Below, piece after piece: positions 48,247-58,482 of a DNA stretch of 64,000 nucleotides; position 1 is the first letter of the stretch; the number at the start of each line of letters is the position of its first letter. Below the pieces are notes generated by a model. It did no database searches. It was not told the DNA's origin and saw only the letters and a list, made by a program, of their open reading frames with translations. A program made the position numbers and the translations under genes. Source of the stretch: an uncultured Bacteroidia bacterium (GTDB lineage Bacteria; Bacteroidota; Bacteroidia; Bacteroidales; UBA932); NCBI GenBank assembly GCA_902768365.1, contig CACXKV010000002.1:53978-117977 (forward strand), given 5' to 3'.

Positions 48247-49650
48247 CTATTTACTCCGCAGATACTCGTCGATAGCGGCAGCGGCTTTGCGGCCGGCGCC
48301 CATAGCGAGGATCACGGTAGCGGCACCGGTGACGGCATCACCGCCGGCAAACACGCCGGGACGGGTGGTGGCGCCGGCCTCATCGGCCACAAGGCAGCCA
48401 CGCTTGGTAACGTCGATACCGGGGGTAGTGCGGGCGATCAGCGGGTTGGGCGAGGTGCCCAGAGCCATAATCACGGTCTCGGTAGGAATCTCGAATTCGG
48501 AACCGGGAACCACCACAGGGCTGCGGCGGCCGCTTTCGTCGGGCTCGCCGAGCTCCATGCGCACGCACTTCAGAGCGCGCACCCAGCCCTTCTCATCTCC
48601 CAGGATCTCCACGGGATTGGTGAGCATCTGGAAGTCAATACCTTCTTCCTTGGCGTGGTGCACTTCCTCCTTACGGGCGGGAAGTTCCACCTCGGTGCGG
48701 CGATATACTATGGTAGTATCAGCGCCCAGGCGCAGGGCCGTACGGGCGGCATCCATCGCGACGTTTCCGCCACCGACCACGCAGACCTTGCTGCCGGCAT
48801 GGATGGGGGTGCGATAATCGTCGCGGAAGGCCTTCATCAGGTTGTTGCGGGTGAGGAACTCGTTGGCAGAGAAGACTCCGTTGAGATTCTCTCCGGGGAT
48901 GCCCATGAACTTGGGAAGACCAGCTCCTGTGCCCACGAACACGGCTTCGAAGCCCTCCTGATCCATCAGGGTGTCGATGGTCACGGTGCGGCCGATGATT
49001 ACGTCGGTCTCGATCTTCACACCGGCGGCTATCACATCCTGAAGCTCGCGTTTGAGCACCTTCTCCTTGGGGAGACGGAACTCGGGAATGCCATACTCCA
49101 GCACACCGCCCGCCTTGTGCAGGGCCTCGAAGATGGTTACGTCGTAGCCCATCTTGGCCAGGTCGTACGAGCATGCGAGGCCGGCAGGGCCGGAGCCGAT
49201 AATGGCAACCTTGCGCTTGCAGGCGGGAGGGGCCGTCAGGCCGGCTTGAGAAGCGGATGCCTCAGCCGACTGTGCAAACGTCCAGTCTGCTACAAACCTC
49301 TCCAACTTGCCGATAGAAACCGGCTCGAACTTGACGCCGAGAACGCAGCTACCCTCGCACTGGGTCTCCTGGGGGCACACACGGCCGCAAACTGCAGGAA
49401 GCGAAGAATCTTCCGCAATCTTGGCGGCAGCACCGGCAAAATCTCCGGCAGCCACAAGCTCGATAAAATCGGGAATCTTCACGCCCACAGGGCAGGCCTG
49501 TACGCAGCGGGGATTCTTGCAATGCAGGCAGCGGGAAGCCTCCAGCATCGCCTCTTCTTTGTTATAGCCATAGCACACCTCTTCGAAGTTGTGTGCACGC
49601 ACTTTGGGATCCTGCTCACGCACAGGAACACGGGGAATTCTATTTGCCAT
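48247..49650 (-). CDS. NfnB / glutamate synthase small-subunit-like oxidoreductase
   Basis: EASRCLHC..C..CP, CGRVCPQETQCE, GSGPAG, YGIPEFRLPK, GGGNVAMD. Confidence 0.9.
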   Translation of the reverse strand: MANRIPRVPVREQDPKVRAHNFEEVCYGYNKEEAMLEASRCLHCKNPRCVQACPVGVKIPDFIELVAAGDFAGAAAKIAEDSSLPAVCGRVCPQETQCEGSCVLGVKFEPVSIGKLERFVADWTFAQSAEASASQAGLTAPPACKRKVAIIGSGPAGLACSYDLAKMGYDVTIFEALHKAGGVLEYGIPEFRLPKEKVLKRELQDVIAAGVKIETDVIIGRTVTIDTLMDQEGFEAVFVGTGAGLPKFMGIPGENLNGVFSANEFLTRNNLMKAFRDDYRTPIHAGSKVCVVGGGNVAMDAARTALRLGADTTIVYRRTEVELPARKEEVHHAKEEGIDFQMLTNPVEILGDEKGWVRALKCVRMELGEPDESGRRSPVVVPGSEFEIPTETVIMALGTSPNPLIARTTPGIDVTKRGCLVADEAGATTRPGVFAGGDAVTGAATVILAMGAGRKAAAAIDEYLRSK

Positions 49651-50476
49651 TTGCGAGGCCCTCCTCGGCCTTATACTGGGCTGAACGCCTCATAGCTTCG
49701 TCAAAATCAACAAGATAACCGTCGAACTCAGGGCCATCCACGCAAGCGAACTTGGTGACTCCGCCAACGCTGAGGCGGCAGGCGCCGCACATGCCGGTGC
49801 CGTCCACCATCAGGGTGTTCATGCTGACCCAGATGGGAATGTTCAGCTTCTTGCAGGTGAGAACCGAGAACTTCATCATGATCATGGGACCGATAGCCAC
49901 CGCCTGGGTGTAGGTCTTGCCCTCGGCCACCAGGGCCTCAAGACGGGCGGTGCCCACTCCCTTGAAGCCGTAGGAACCATCGTCGGTGCACATGTAGAGG
50001 TTGTCCACCACAGGTTTGAACTCATCCTCGTAGATCAGCAGGTCCTTGGTGCGGGCGCCGATGATCACATCTACGCTCACTCCATGCTCATGCAGCCACT
50101 TGGCCTGGGGATACACAGGCGCGGTGCCGAGGCCTCCGGCGATGAAGACAACCTTCTGCTTTGCAAGCTCGTCTGGGCTCATCTTCACGAATTCGGAGGG
50201 ATTTCCCAGAGGGCCTGCCACATCGGCGAAGCTGTCCCCTGCCTCGAAATCGTTCACCATGCTGCGCGTAGAAGCGCCGATGGGCTGGATAACGATGGTA
50301 ACGGTGCCCTTTTCGCGGTCGTAATCACTGATGGTAAGGGGAATTCGCTCCCCGGGCTCATCTGCGCGCACAATCAGGAACTGCCCGGGAAGGGCGGCCT
50401 TGGCGATGCGCGGAGCTTCCACCACCATCTTGCAGATGGTAGGGTTTAGCATCTTCTTTTCAAGAATCTTGAACAT
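49640..50476 (-). CDS. NfnA / ferredoxin-NADP reductase subunit
   Basis: GERIPLTI, GPLG, GGLGTAP, DGTGMCGACR..FACVDGPEF. Confidence 0.9.
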   Translation of the reverse strand: MFKILEKKMLNPTICKMVVEAPRIAKAALPGQFLIVRADEPGERIPLTISDYDREKGTVTIVIQPIGASTRSMVNDFEAGDSFADVAGPLGNPSEFVKMSPDELAKQKVVFIAGGLGTAPVYPQAKWLHEHGVSVDVIIGARTKDLLIYEDEFKPVVDNLYMCTDDGSYGFKGVGTARLEALVAEGKTYTQAVAIGPMIMMKFSVLTCKKLNIPIWVSMNTLMVDGTGMCGACRLSVGGVTKFACVDGPEFDGYLVDFDEAMRRSAQYKAEEGLANGK

Positions 50477-50515
50477 GATGAAGGGTTATTGTTTTACGGA
50501 GGTAAAGTTACAAAA

Positions 50516-50551
50516 AAATACAGTACGCAAAACCCTTTGCGTACTGTATTT
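50516..50551. terminator. intrinsic terminator
   Basis: AAATACAGTACGCAAA-ACCC-TTTGCGTACTGTATTT. Confidence 0.8.
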
Positions 50552-50575
50552 GAATCAGTTCAACCGCTTTCTCTG

Positions 50576-51004
50576 CTAGAACATGTAGCGGATGCCGAGG
50601 CCAACACCCTGCCAGCCAAATGCAGTAGCAGGAACAATGTTGAAGATCGGACGCCAGTCAAGGGAGATCTGCAAAGGAATGGCATCGAAAATGTATTCGA
50701 GACCGACCTGTGCACCAACACCAAGACCGATTCCACCGCCGTCCACGAGGAACACGTCAGCAGCAGGGCCGGCATAGAATCCGAAAGGACCTACGGGTGC
50801 GATCTGGAAGTTGTAGGCAGCTGCGAAATTAACAGCATTAACAGTCCAACCTGCATCAACTTCGAGGAAATTCTCACCACCCATGGTGTGCTGATAGGAA
50901 ACTTCACCACCCCATCCTGCACGGATACCGAGTGCGCGAGGCTGTGCGCTTGCAAGTGCCACGAGGGCGAACATTGCAATGATAACAGTCAAAATCTTTT
51001 TCAT
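50576..51004 (-). CDS. small outer-membrane beta-barrel protein
   Basis: Signal peptide, RALGIRAG, VGLEY, ISLDWRP, C-terminal RYMF. Confidence 0.8.
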   Translation of the reverse strand: MKKILTVIIAMFALVALASAQPRALGIRAGWGGEVSYQHTMGGENFLEVDAGWTVNAVNFAAAYNFQIAPVGPFGFYAGPAADVFLVDGGGIGLGVGAQVGLEYIFDAIPLQISLDWRPIFNIVPATAFGWQGVGLGIRYMF

Positions 51005-51034
51005 AAACAATAAGGTTTTAGTTGGGCAAATATA

Positions 51035-51634
51035 TTAAACAATTCCTGAAAATCCAAGAAATGCCAGAGCCATGATTCCCACGGAAATCAGGGCGATAGG
51101 CAGGCCCCTGAAGGCCTTGGGAACCTCGTTCATGGCCAGATGCTCGCGTATGCCCGCGAAGAGCACCATGGCAAGGCCATAGCCGAGCGATGTGGCAAAG
51201 GCATAGACGGTGGCTTCTCCCAGCCCCAGCATGTGGGCCTCTCCCCCGAAGGTAAACTCCTTGGTAACCACGTTGATGGCCACACCGAGCACGGCGCAGT
51301 TGGTGGTAATGAGGGGAAGGAAGATGCCGAGGGCCTGATAGAGCGAAGGGGAAACCTTCTTGAGCACAATCTCCACCATCTGCACCAGCGCCGCGATTAC
51401 GAGGATGAAGGCGATGGTCTGCAGGAAAGTGAGCCCGAAGGGCACCAGCAGATACTGGTTGATGAGATACGTGACCACTGTTGCCAGGGTTATCACGAAG
51501 CACACCGCCAGGCTCATGCCGGATGCGGTGGACAGCTTGTTCGACACTCCCAGGAAGGGGCAGATGCCGAGAAACTGCGCCAGGACGATATTGTTGACGA
51601 AGATCGCCGAGATGATTATAAGCAGATATTCCAT
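51035..51634 (-). CDS. rnfA: Rnf complex subunit A
   Basis: VNNIVLAQFLGICPFLG, LPLITTNCAVLG. Confidence 0.95.
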   Translation of the reverse strand: MEYLLIIISAIFVNNIVLAQFLGICPFLGVSNKLSTASGMSLAVCFVITLATVVTYLINQYLLVPFGLTFLQTIAFILVIAALVQMVEIVLKKVSPSLYQALGIFLPLITTNCAVLGVAINVVTKEFTFGGEAHMLGLGEATVYAFATSLGYGLAMVLFAGIREHLAMNEVPKAFRGLPIALISVGIMALAFLGFSGIV

Positions 51635-51640
51635 AACGTC

Positions 51641-52222
51641 CTATTTTTTAGCGAGTTTGTTGAAAAGAACCATGAGGTAGCCCAGCACGATGAATGCGCC
51701 CGGAGCCATCACGAAGGCCAGCATGCCGTCGCCGCTGATGAACTTCCATCCGAACACGGCACCGCTTCCGAGAATCTCACGCACAATGCCGATCACGGTG
51801 AGCGACAGGGTGAAGCCCAGGCCTATGCCAATGCCGTCCAGTGCGGAATCCCACACGGTGTTCTTGTTTGCGAAGGCCTCGGCGCGGCCGAGGATGATGC
51901 AGTTCACCACGATCAGCGGGATGAACAGGCCCAGAGTCTTGTAGACATCCGGCACGAACGCCTGCATGAGGAGCTGCAGCACCGTCACGAAGGTAGCGAT
52001 TACCACAATATATACGGGGATGTGCACCTTGTCCGGCACCACGGGGGCTATCAGGGATATCACAATATTGGAGAGGATGAGCACGAACATGGTCGCCAGA
52101 CCCATCTCCAGGCCGTTCATGGCCGAAGTGGTTGTGGCCAGGGTGGGGCACATGCCCAGCACCAGCACGAAGGTCGGGTTTTCCTTCAGCAGGCCTTTGG
52201 TAATCAATGAAAACTTACTCAT
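51641..52222 (-). CDS. rnfE: Rnf complex subunit E
   Basis: ENPTFVLVLGMCPTLA, IPLIVVNCIILGRAEAFA. Confidence 0.95.
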   Translation of the reverse strand: MSKFSLITKGLLKENPTFVLVLGMCPTLATTTSAMNGLEMGLATMFVLILSNIVISLIAPVVPDKVHIPVYIVVIATFVTVLQLLMQAFVPDVYKTLGLFIPLIVVNCIILGRAEAFANKNTVWDSALDGIGIGLGFTLSLTVIGIVREILGSGAVFGWKFISGDGMLAFVMAPGAFIVLGYLMVLFNKLAKK

Positions 52223-52225
52223 AGC

Positions 52226-52780
52226 TTAGTCCTCCATAGATTTCACAAGCGCTACCGCCTGGGCGACAGCCTTGGTGTAAGCGCGGGAAGTGATGGTAGA
52301 GGCCGTGATGGCATCCACATCGCCTCCGTCCTTCTTCACGGAAAGTGCGCCGGAAAAGCCCTTCCACTGCTCGCGGAATGAGGAATTCTCTTCGCTGCAC
52401 TTGGCACCGAGACCGGGAGTCTCGGAGTGCGAAAGCACGGAAGTATTGAAAACGGTGCCGTCCGGAAGCACGCCCACCATCAGGGTGATGGGGCCTCCGA
52501 AACCACCGGTAGTGGTCTTGACCGCATATGCGGTGACAGCGCCTTCGCCGTCGGTCTGCACGAAGTAACCCTCTATGCCTTCAGCTTCGCTGGAGATCTC
52601 TTCCGAAATCTCCCCGCCGGCAGGCAGAACCTTTGCAATCGATGCCTGGGCCTCGGCGGCGGCAGCGGCCTGGATAGGTTCCTCGGTCGCCACGAACACA
52701 AAGCCCAGCAGGGCTGCGCAGACGAGGCATACCGCCGTCAGGCAGAGCGCCATGTTGATAAGGGATGATTTTGCTGCCAT
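52226..52780 (-). CDS. rnfG: Rnf complex subunit G
   Basis: HSETPGLG, VDAITASTITS FMN site. Confidence 0.95.
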   Translation of the reverse strand: MAAKSSLINMALCLTAVCLVCAALLGFVFVATEEPIQAAAAAEAQASIAKVLPAGGEISEEISSEAEGIEGYFVQTDGEGAVTAYAVKTTTGGFGGPITLMVGVLPDGTVFNTSVLSHSETPGLGAKCSEENSSFREQWKGFSGALSVKKDGGDVDAITASTITSRAYTKAVAQAVALVKSMED

Positions 52781-52782
52781 AT

Positions 52783-53742
52783 CTACTTCCTCCCGTATTT
52801 ACGATGATGGAACTTCATATCCAGCAGAGGCACCGCGGTGTTCATCAGCAGGATGGCGAACGACATACCCTCCGGATAGGACCCGAAGTAGCGTATCATC
52901 ATCACTATGAAACCTATGCCTATGCCGTAGATGACGCCTCCCCAGGTGCTCATGGGCGAGGTGACATAATCGGTTGCCATGAAGCAGGCACCGAGGATGA
53001 CACCGCCGGTGAGAAGGTTGAAGAGGGGCCCTGTGTACTGTGCGGGATCCGCCATGTGGAACACGAACGCGACCAGAGCCACGGTGGCGAAGATGCTGAG
53101 GGTGATCCAGGGCTTGATGACCTTGCGCACCAGCAGGTAGACCCAGCCGGCGAGAAGCGCCAGGGCGGAAATTTCACCTGCGGAACCTCCCACATTGTGG
53201 AAGAGGGTCTGCAGGGAAACGAGCTTATCGGCCTCCAGGGCGCCCAGGATGGGCACCTGGCCCAACAGGGTGGCTCCGGAGAAGGCATCCACATTGGAGA
53301 TGAATCCTGCGGGAACCGTCCAGTCGGTCATATAGGTGGGGAAGGACACGAGCAGGAACACGCGGCCCACCAGGGCGGGGTTCCAGATGTTCTGCCCAAT
53401 GCCTCCGAAGGTCATCTTGGCAACCGCGATGGCGATGACAGCGCCTATAAACACCACCCACAGGGGGCAGGTCGGAGGGAGGTTCATGGCCAGCAGCATG
53501 CCGGTGACTATTGCAGAAAGATCGCCCGTGGTAGAGGGCTTCTTGAGCATGTACTTGGTGATGGCCCATTCCAGCACGACGCAGGACGCCACGCTGAACG
53601 CCATGATGGCGATTTCGCTCAGCCCGTAGAAGAGGAACGACACGATGGCCGCAGGGCAGAGGGCGATTATCACATCCAGCATCAGCCTCTTGGTGCTGAC
53701 AGCCGCATGTATGTGGGGATTAGGTGATACTATATATGCCAT
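52783..53742 (-). CDS. rnfD: Rnf complex subunit D
   Basis: FGGIGQNIWNPALVGR, SGAT, FMATDYVTSP. Confidence 0.95.
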   Translation of the reverse strand: MAYIVSPNPHIHAAVSTKRLMLDVIIALCPAAIVSFLFYGLSEIAIMAFSVASCVVLEWAITKYMLKKPSTTGDLSAIVTGMLLAMNLPPTCPLWVVFIGAVIAIAVAKMTFGGIGQNIWNPALVGRVFLLVSFPTYMTDWTVPAGFISNVDAFSGATLLGQVPILGALEADKLVSLQTLFHNVGGSAGEISALALLAGWVYLLVRKVIKPWITLSIFATVALVAFVFHMADPAQYTGPLFNLLTGGVILGACFMATDYVTSPMSTWGGVIYGIGIGFIVMMIRYFGSYPEGMSFAILLMNTAVPLLDMKFHHRKYGRK

Positions 53743-53747
53743 GATTC

Positions 53748-55103
53748 TTACTTTTTAGCTGCCGCTGCACGGGCGCGGATGGCGGCCATGGCCATGCCTT
53801 TGGCCTGGCGGACGTGGTCCAGAAGAGGGATGTATGCAGGGCAGCTGTAGAGGCAGCAGCCGCATTCGATGCAGTCCTGGGCGGCATTTGCCTCGAGGCC
53901 CTCGACATCTCCCGCAAAATAGAGCTTGCGGAGGAGGAAGGGCTCCAGGCCCATGGGGCAGGCCTGCGAGCAGCGCCCGCAACGTATGCACATGGATTCC
54001 TGTCCGCGCTTGGTGGATTCTTCTGTGAGATAGAGTATGGATGATGACCCCTTGACGGTGGCGGCATCCAGATTGGCGATGGCGCGACCCATCATGGGGC
54101 CGCCGCTGATAAGCTTCGCAGCTCCATCGGGCACTCCCCCGGCATACGCGGCTATGTAGCTGAGCGGCATGCCGATGCGGAAGAGGTAGTTGTGCATCTT
54201 TTCCACAGGCAGGCAGTTGCCGGTGATGGTCAGAGTGTTGGTGATGAGAGGCTTGTTCTTCTGCACGGCCTCATAGACGGCAAGCGAGGTGGCCACGTTC
54301 TGAACCACGGCGCCCACGCTGATGGGCAGGCCGCCGGAACCGACCTCGCGGTGCATCACAGCCTGTATCAGCTGCTTCTCGCCGCCCTGCGGATACTTCT
54401 TCTTGAGAGGAAGCACCTCGATGTTGTAGGGCAGCTCGGAAACGGCCTTGCGCATGGCCTCGATGGCCTCGGGCTTGTTCTCCTCGATGCCGATGACGGT
54501 GCGGCATCCGCCCAGCACCTTCTGCATGATTGCCGCGCCCACCACTATCTCTTTGGTGCGCTCCAGCATGATGCGGTAGTCGCTGGTGAGGTAGGGTTCG
54601 CACTCCGCGCCGTTCAGGATCAGGCACTCGGCCTTGCTGCCGGGGGCGGGGTTAAGTTTCACATGGGTGGGGAAGGTTGCTCCGCCGAGCCCCACCACGC
54701 CGCAGGCCTTGATCCGGTCGAGGATGGCCTGGCGGTCTTCGGGAATGCCGAGAACCAGGGTTTCGGAAAGATCCACGCCCTCTACCCATTCATCTCCCTC
54801 GACGGCGATTTCGATATGGGTTACGTTGTTTCCTGCCAGATCCTTGCGGGGGCCTATGGATTTCACCGTGCCGGCCGCAGGTGAATGCACGAAGGCGGAG
54901 ATGAATCCGCCGGGTTCGGCGAGCACCTGCCCGGTCTTCACCTTGTCGCCTACTGCCACTATGGGTTTGGCAGGCGCTCCAAGATGCTGGGCCATAGATA
55001 CATACAAGGTCTCAGGCAGAGGCAATACCTCGATAGCGCATCCACGCGCCAATTTAGCATCGTCCGGATGGACTCCGCCGATCGAAAACGTTATCTTACT
55101 CAT
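53748..55103 (-). CDS. rnfC: Rnf complex subunit C
   Basis: GLGGATFPTHVK, NGAECEPYLT, YPQGGEKQLI, two 4Fe-4S motifs. Confidence 0.95.
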   Translation of the reverse strand: MSKITFSIGGVHPDDAKLARGCAIEVLPLPETLYVSMAQHLGAPAKPIVAVGDKVKTGQVLAEPGGFISAFVHSPAAGTVKSIGPRKDLAGNNVTHIEIAVEGDEWVEGVDLSETLVLGIPEDRQAILDRIKACGVVGLGGATFPTHVKLNPAPGSKAECLILNGAECEPYLTSDYRIMLERTKEIVVGAAIMQKVLGGCRTVIGIEENKPEAIEAMRKAVSELPYNIEVLPLKKKYPQGGEKQLIQAVMHREVGSGGLPISVGAVVQNVATSLAVYEAVQKNKPLITNTLTITGNCLPVEKMHNYLFRIGMPLSYIAAYAGGVPDGAAKLISGGPMMGRAIANLDAATVKGSSSILYLTEESTKRGQESMCIRCGRCSQACPMGLEPFLLRKLYFAGDVEGLEANAAQDCIECGCCLYSCPAYIPLLDHVRQAKGMAMAAIRARAAAAKK

Positions 55104-55977
55104 TACCTACCTCCTTTCTTTTTGCAATGCGTTCCTTAACGGCCGCCTTGTCGAGCTCCTTAGGGAAATTCACACCGTGGATGGCTCCGGTCGGGCACAT
55201 CGCCTCGCATTCGCGGCAAAGCTTGCACTTGGCAGGATCTATATACGCTATATTGTTCTCCAGGGTTATGGCGTCGTGGGTGCAGGTCTTCACGCAAATA
55301 CCGCAGCCTATGCAAGCATTCGCGCACGCCTTCTTTGCCACGGGGCCCTTGTCGGTATTGCGGCAAAGGACCGCCTCGCGCATACCACGGGGGCCTTTCG
55401 GGCGCAGCTCGATCAGAGCCTTGGGGCAAGCCTTCACGCACTTGCCGCAGGCTACGCACTTTGCCTCATCCACCACCGGAAGGCCGGTTTCGGGATCCAT
55501 GCTGAGCGCGCCGAATTCGCAGGCTCCTACGCAGTCGCCGCATCCAAGGCAGCCAAAGGGGCAGCCGGTGTCGCCGCTGTAAAGGGCGGCCTTCACACGG
55601 CAGCTGGCAGCACCATCATAAACATTTGTCTTGGGGCGCACGGCGCAAGAGCCATTGCAACGCAGCACGGCCACCTGCGGGGCCTTCTCCACCATCTCGA
55701 TGCCGAGGATGGCAGCCACCTGCTTCATCACGTCGTTGCCACCCACAGGGCAGAAATGCGCACTCAGGTCGGCGGCCTTCACGGCCGTATCGGCGAAGGC
55801 GTGGCATCCGGCATAGCCGCATCCGCCACAGTTAGCGCCCGGCAGAGTCTTCTCTATCTGCTCGATGCGGGGATCCTCCTCAACCTTGAACCTGGAGGCC
55901 ACAAGAAAGAGGACCACAGCAAGCACGAGACCGAGCCCTGCCAGAATAACGATAGTCCAGATAACGATAGAAATCAT
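55096..55977 (-). CDS. rnfB: Rnf complex subunit B
   Basis: LPGANCGGCGYAGC, multiple ferredoxin motifs. Confidence 0.95.
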   Translation of the reverse strand: MISIVIWTIVILAGLGLVLAVVLFLVASRFKVEEDPRIEQIEKTLPGANCGGCGYAGCHAFADTAVKAADLSAHFCPVGGNDVMKQVAAILGIEMVEKAPQVAVLRCNGSCAVRPKTNVYDGAASCRVKAALYSGDTGCPFGCLGCGDCVGACEFGALSMDPETGLPVVDEAKCVACGKCVKACPKALIELRPKGPRGMREAVLCRNTDKGPVAKKACANACIGCGICVKTCTHDAITLENNIAYIDPAKCKLCRECEAMCPTGAIHGVNFPKELDKAAVKERIAKRKEVGNE

Positions 55978-55982
55978 AAAAT

Positions 55983-56519
55983 TTAAATAACTACAAATCT
56001 TGTGAAGATAAAATGATACATATTATCATCTGTACAAATAAAGACTTCTATTCTGCCCTCAACACTATCTCCATGCAACACACGAGAATCTATCTTTCCA
56101 ACATATCTAACCACTCCAGAATAGTTATCTCGCCAGCAATCATCATCCTCCACTTTATCATATGAACGATCAAACAACGTTATTGTAGTATTCTGCCATT
56201 CACTTTGGACAACCAATGAGCTATTTTCCTCTTTATAATCGATGTTATTGAATGGTATTTCTATAAAAAAAATCCTTTTCTTATTTCCTATACTTTCTAC
56301 ACTTCGTGAAACCATCTTTCCTGAAAGCCTATTATTTGTGCAATCATTAATACTCATCGTCACATCATAAGGAAAAACAATTGTTCGCTGCCCCAAAACT
56401 GGCAATTCAACGGCATTAACCGCTATCTCGTCCCATACATCATCGTTATTTTTATTAAAACAAGACACAAGACCTGTCAATAGAGGTAACCCTAATAGTA
56501 TTCTAAAAATCAATCTCAT
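55983..56519 (-). CDS. AT-rich hypothetical lipoprotein
   Basis: Lipobox LVSC; start overlaps the upstream gene's stop (ATGA). Confidence 0.7.
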   Translation of the reverse strand: MRLIFRILLGLPLLTGLVSCFNKNNDDVWDEIAVNAVELPVLGQRTIVFPYDVTMSINDCTNNRLSGKMVSRSVESIGNKKRIFFIEIPFNNIDYKEENSSLVVQSEWQNTTITLFDRSYDKVEDDDCWRDNYSGVVRYVGKIDSRVLHGDSVEGRIEVFICTDDNMYHFIFTRFVVI

Positions 56520-58063
56520 AAAAAGGCATTTTTATAAGTAAGCAACTCACTAGAAGTATAGTAAACTCCTATATAATCATCAAGATGATCGAAAACATCT
56601 TCTACTGTATTATCTTGTTTAACCATGGTGTCTACTATTAGCGGCGGCACCGAGGATAGTTGATCAAAAGGGTATATTGAATCATAATACCCTTGATTGT
56701 AACTGTCAATTAAATCAACAAATAAAGGCGAATAATTACTGCTATTTGAATACCAAAACTGCCTTCCTTGTCTGTTTATTAGATATCCATCATATGGCTT
56801 TACAAAACCTTTGGATAGATAATAATCCTCTCCAACCATCCACCCCACATAAGATGCATAAGATTCCTTTATTAATTTTGTTATCCCACCATAATAATAG
56901 AAATAATAATCATTAATTTTAAAATAGTGGCGTAAATGACCGAGTTCGTGGCAAACGGTTCCTATTGTATAATTCTGAGACTGACCAGCATTATAAACTA
57001 TGATATTGCGTTGAGAAGAGTAAGAAACGGCATAATTGTATATATAATTGGATGTGCTATGAATAATAACATTTGACTCCAATGCATTTGTAGAATCTCG
57101 AAGTGGGTGGTTGCTATAATGATAATGAGAAACAGCACGGTGACATTCCAATTCGTTGTAAAGTGATGCTATCGTGTCACAATATGTAAAGGTTGTTGTC
57201 TCATAAAAAGGCCATAATTCACTTACTGATCCCAAAACAATATGTAAGGGAGTCGTTGAAGTAGAATCTCTATTGATGATCCATTTAGGACTTTCAAGTA
57301 TAAGTGATATTGTTATATCACCTATTTGTGTATTTGTCAAACCATAAAAATATGGGTTAATAAATGTATGTCCTAAAGAATCCAAATAACGATCACTTTT
57401 CAAATTCCCATATTCCGCCCTTACTTTAACTTTTTCTAAAGGGACGTCCTCCCCAAGAAGGTTATCATGTGTCTTTATTTCTAATGGTAAAACAATCAGA
57501 TGCTCAGGGCGAGCTCTTTTGGAGAGAGTCAATCCATAACAAACATCATAATCAATACCTTGAGGGAACTGCATTCCTTTAGGACATATGGCATACATAA
57601 CTGGAAGACTAAGTTCACGATTAACCCATTGATTACCTTCTTCGTACTTTTCTGAAAATGATAATTTATGGTTATTAATTTCAGTAAATGTTGGGAAAAA
57701 CGAGCCCTTAAAATCCTGTTGTATTCTTGTAGAAATAGGTTTATAACCAAATGGAATGTATGAAACATTAACACCTTCTAATTGGTTAATAAAGAACTGT
57801 TCCTCAGTATTTTTGGGATAAAACTTAACTGCAATATGAGTAGCCCTTTCATCATCACTATCAAGACAATCATCTTCACACCCACCAACCATGGGTTCAA
57901 GTAGCAACCCCGTTTCTTTATGAAAAACGAGATTACTATAGCTTTTAGTATCAAAAGAGCTACACTTTACATCTGTAATATCTCCTATTTCAACGCTAGT
58001 ACACCCCTCCAAAAGAGCTACCAACAAAGAAAAGAAAACATTATAAACTAGTTGTTTCTTCAT
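56516..58063 (-). CDS. AT-rich lipoprotein with HEXXH zincin motif
   Basis: Lipobox LEGC; TVCHELGHLRH followed by IKESYA (candidate third ligand E). Confidence 0.7.
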   Translation of the reverse strand: MKKQLVYNVFFSLLVALLEGCTSVEIGDITDVKCSSFDTKSYSNLVFHKETGLLLEPMVGGCEDDCLDSDDERATHIAVKFYPKNTEEQFFINQLEGVNVSYIPFGYKPISTRIQQDFKGSFFPTFTEINNHKLSFSEKYEEGNQWVNRELSLPVMYAICPKGMQFPQGIDYDVCYGLTLSKRARPEHLIVLPLEIKTHDNLLGEDVPLEKVKVRAEYGNLKSDRYLDSLGHTFINPYFYGLTNTQIGDITISLILESPKWIINRDSTSTTPLHIVLGSVSELWPFYETTTFTYCDTIASLYNELECHRAVSHYHYSNHPLRDSTNALESNVIIHSTSNYIYNYAVSYSSQRNIIVYNAGQSQNYTIGTVCHELGHLRHYFKINDYYFYYYGGITKLIKESYASYVGWMVGEDYYLSKGFVKPYDGYLINRQGRQFWYSNSSNYSPLFVDLIDSYNQGYYDSIYPFDQLSSVPPLIVDTMVKQDNTVEDVFDHLDDYIGVYYTSSELLTYKNAFL

Positions 58064-58478
58064 AAAAGTACTTTATGTAAAAAGAATATTCATTGCGGAG
58101 CCTGTCCCTGAAAAGCAGGAGGACAAGATAGTAGAGGCCCACGGCGCCGATGGCTATCAGGCCGGAAGCCAGTTCGGACAAGTCGGCGGCATTCAGTCCC
58201 AGCAGCACTGCAAGCAGCACCGCCAGCGGAATGGCATAGGCGAGCCACACGGCCTTGAAGCCCATGGAACGTTTGAGAAACACTTTCACCTCCTGGCCTA
58301 CCTGCCAGTTCCCGACCGTAGCAGGAACCGAGATAGCCTTGTGGGTGGCGTCTGCCGTGCCGCACAAACCGGCAGCATGGCAAGTAGCGCAAGCGGACTC
58401 CGCCACGATTTCTACCGTGATGAAGTCCGCATCGATTGCAACTATTTTCCCTATATGGGATATCTCCGGCATGGCCAT
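58041..58478 (-). CDS. rseC: SoxR-reducing system RseC family
   Basis: ISHIGKI, SACATCHAAGLC, AVWLAYAIP; start uncertain (58478/58472). Confidence 0.88.
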   Translation of the reverse strand: MAMPEISHIGKIVAIDADFITVEIVAESACATCHAAGLCGTADATHKAISVPATVGNWQVGQEVKVFLKRSMGFKAVWLAYAIPLAVLLAVLLGLNAADLSELASGLIAIGAVGLYYLVLLLFRDRLRNEYSFYIKYFYEETTSL

Positions 58479-58482
58479 GGCA

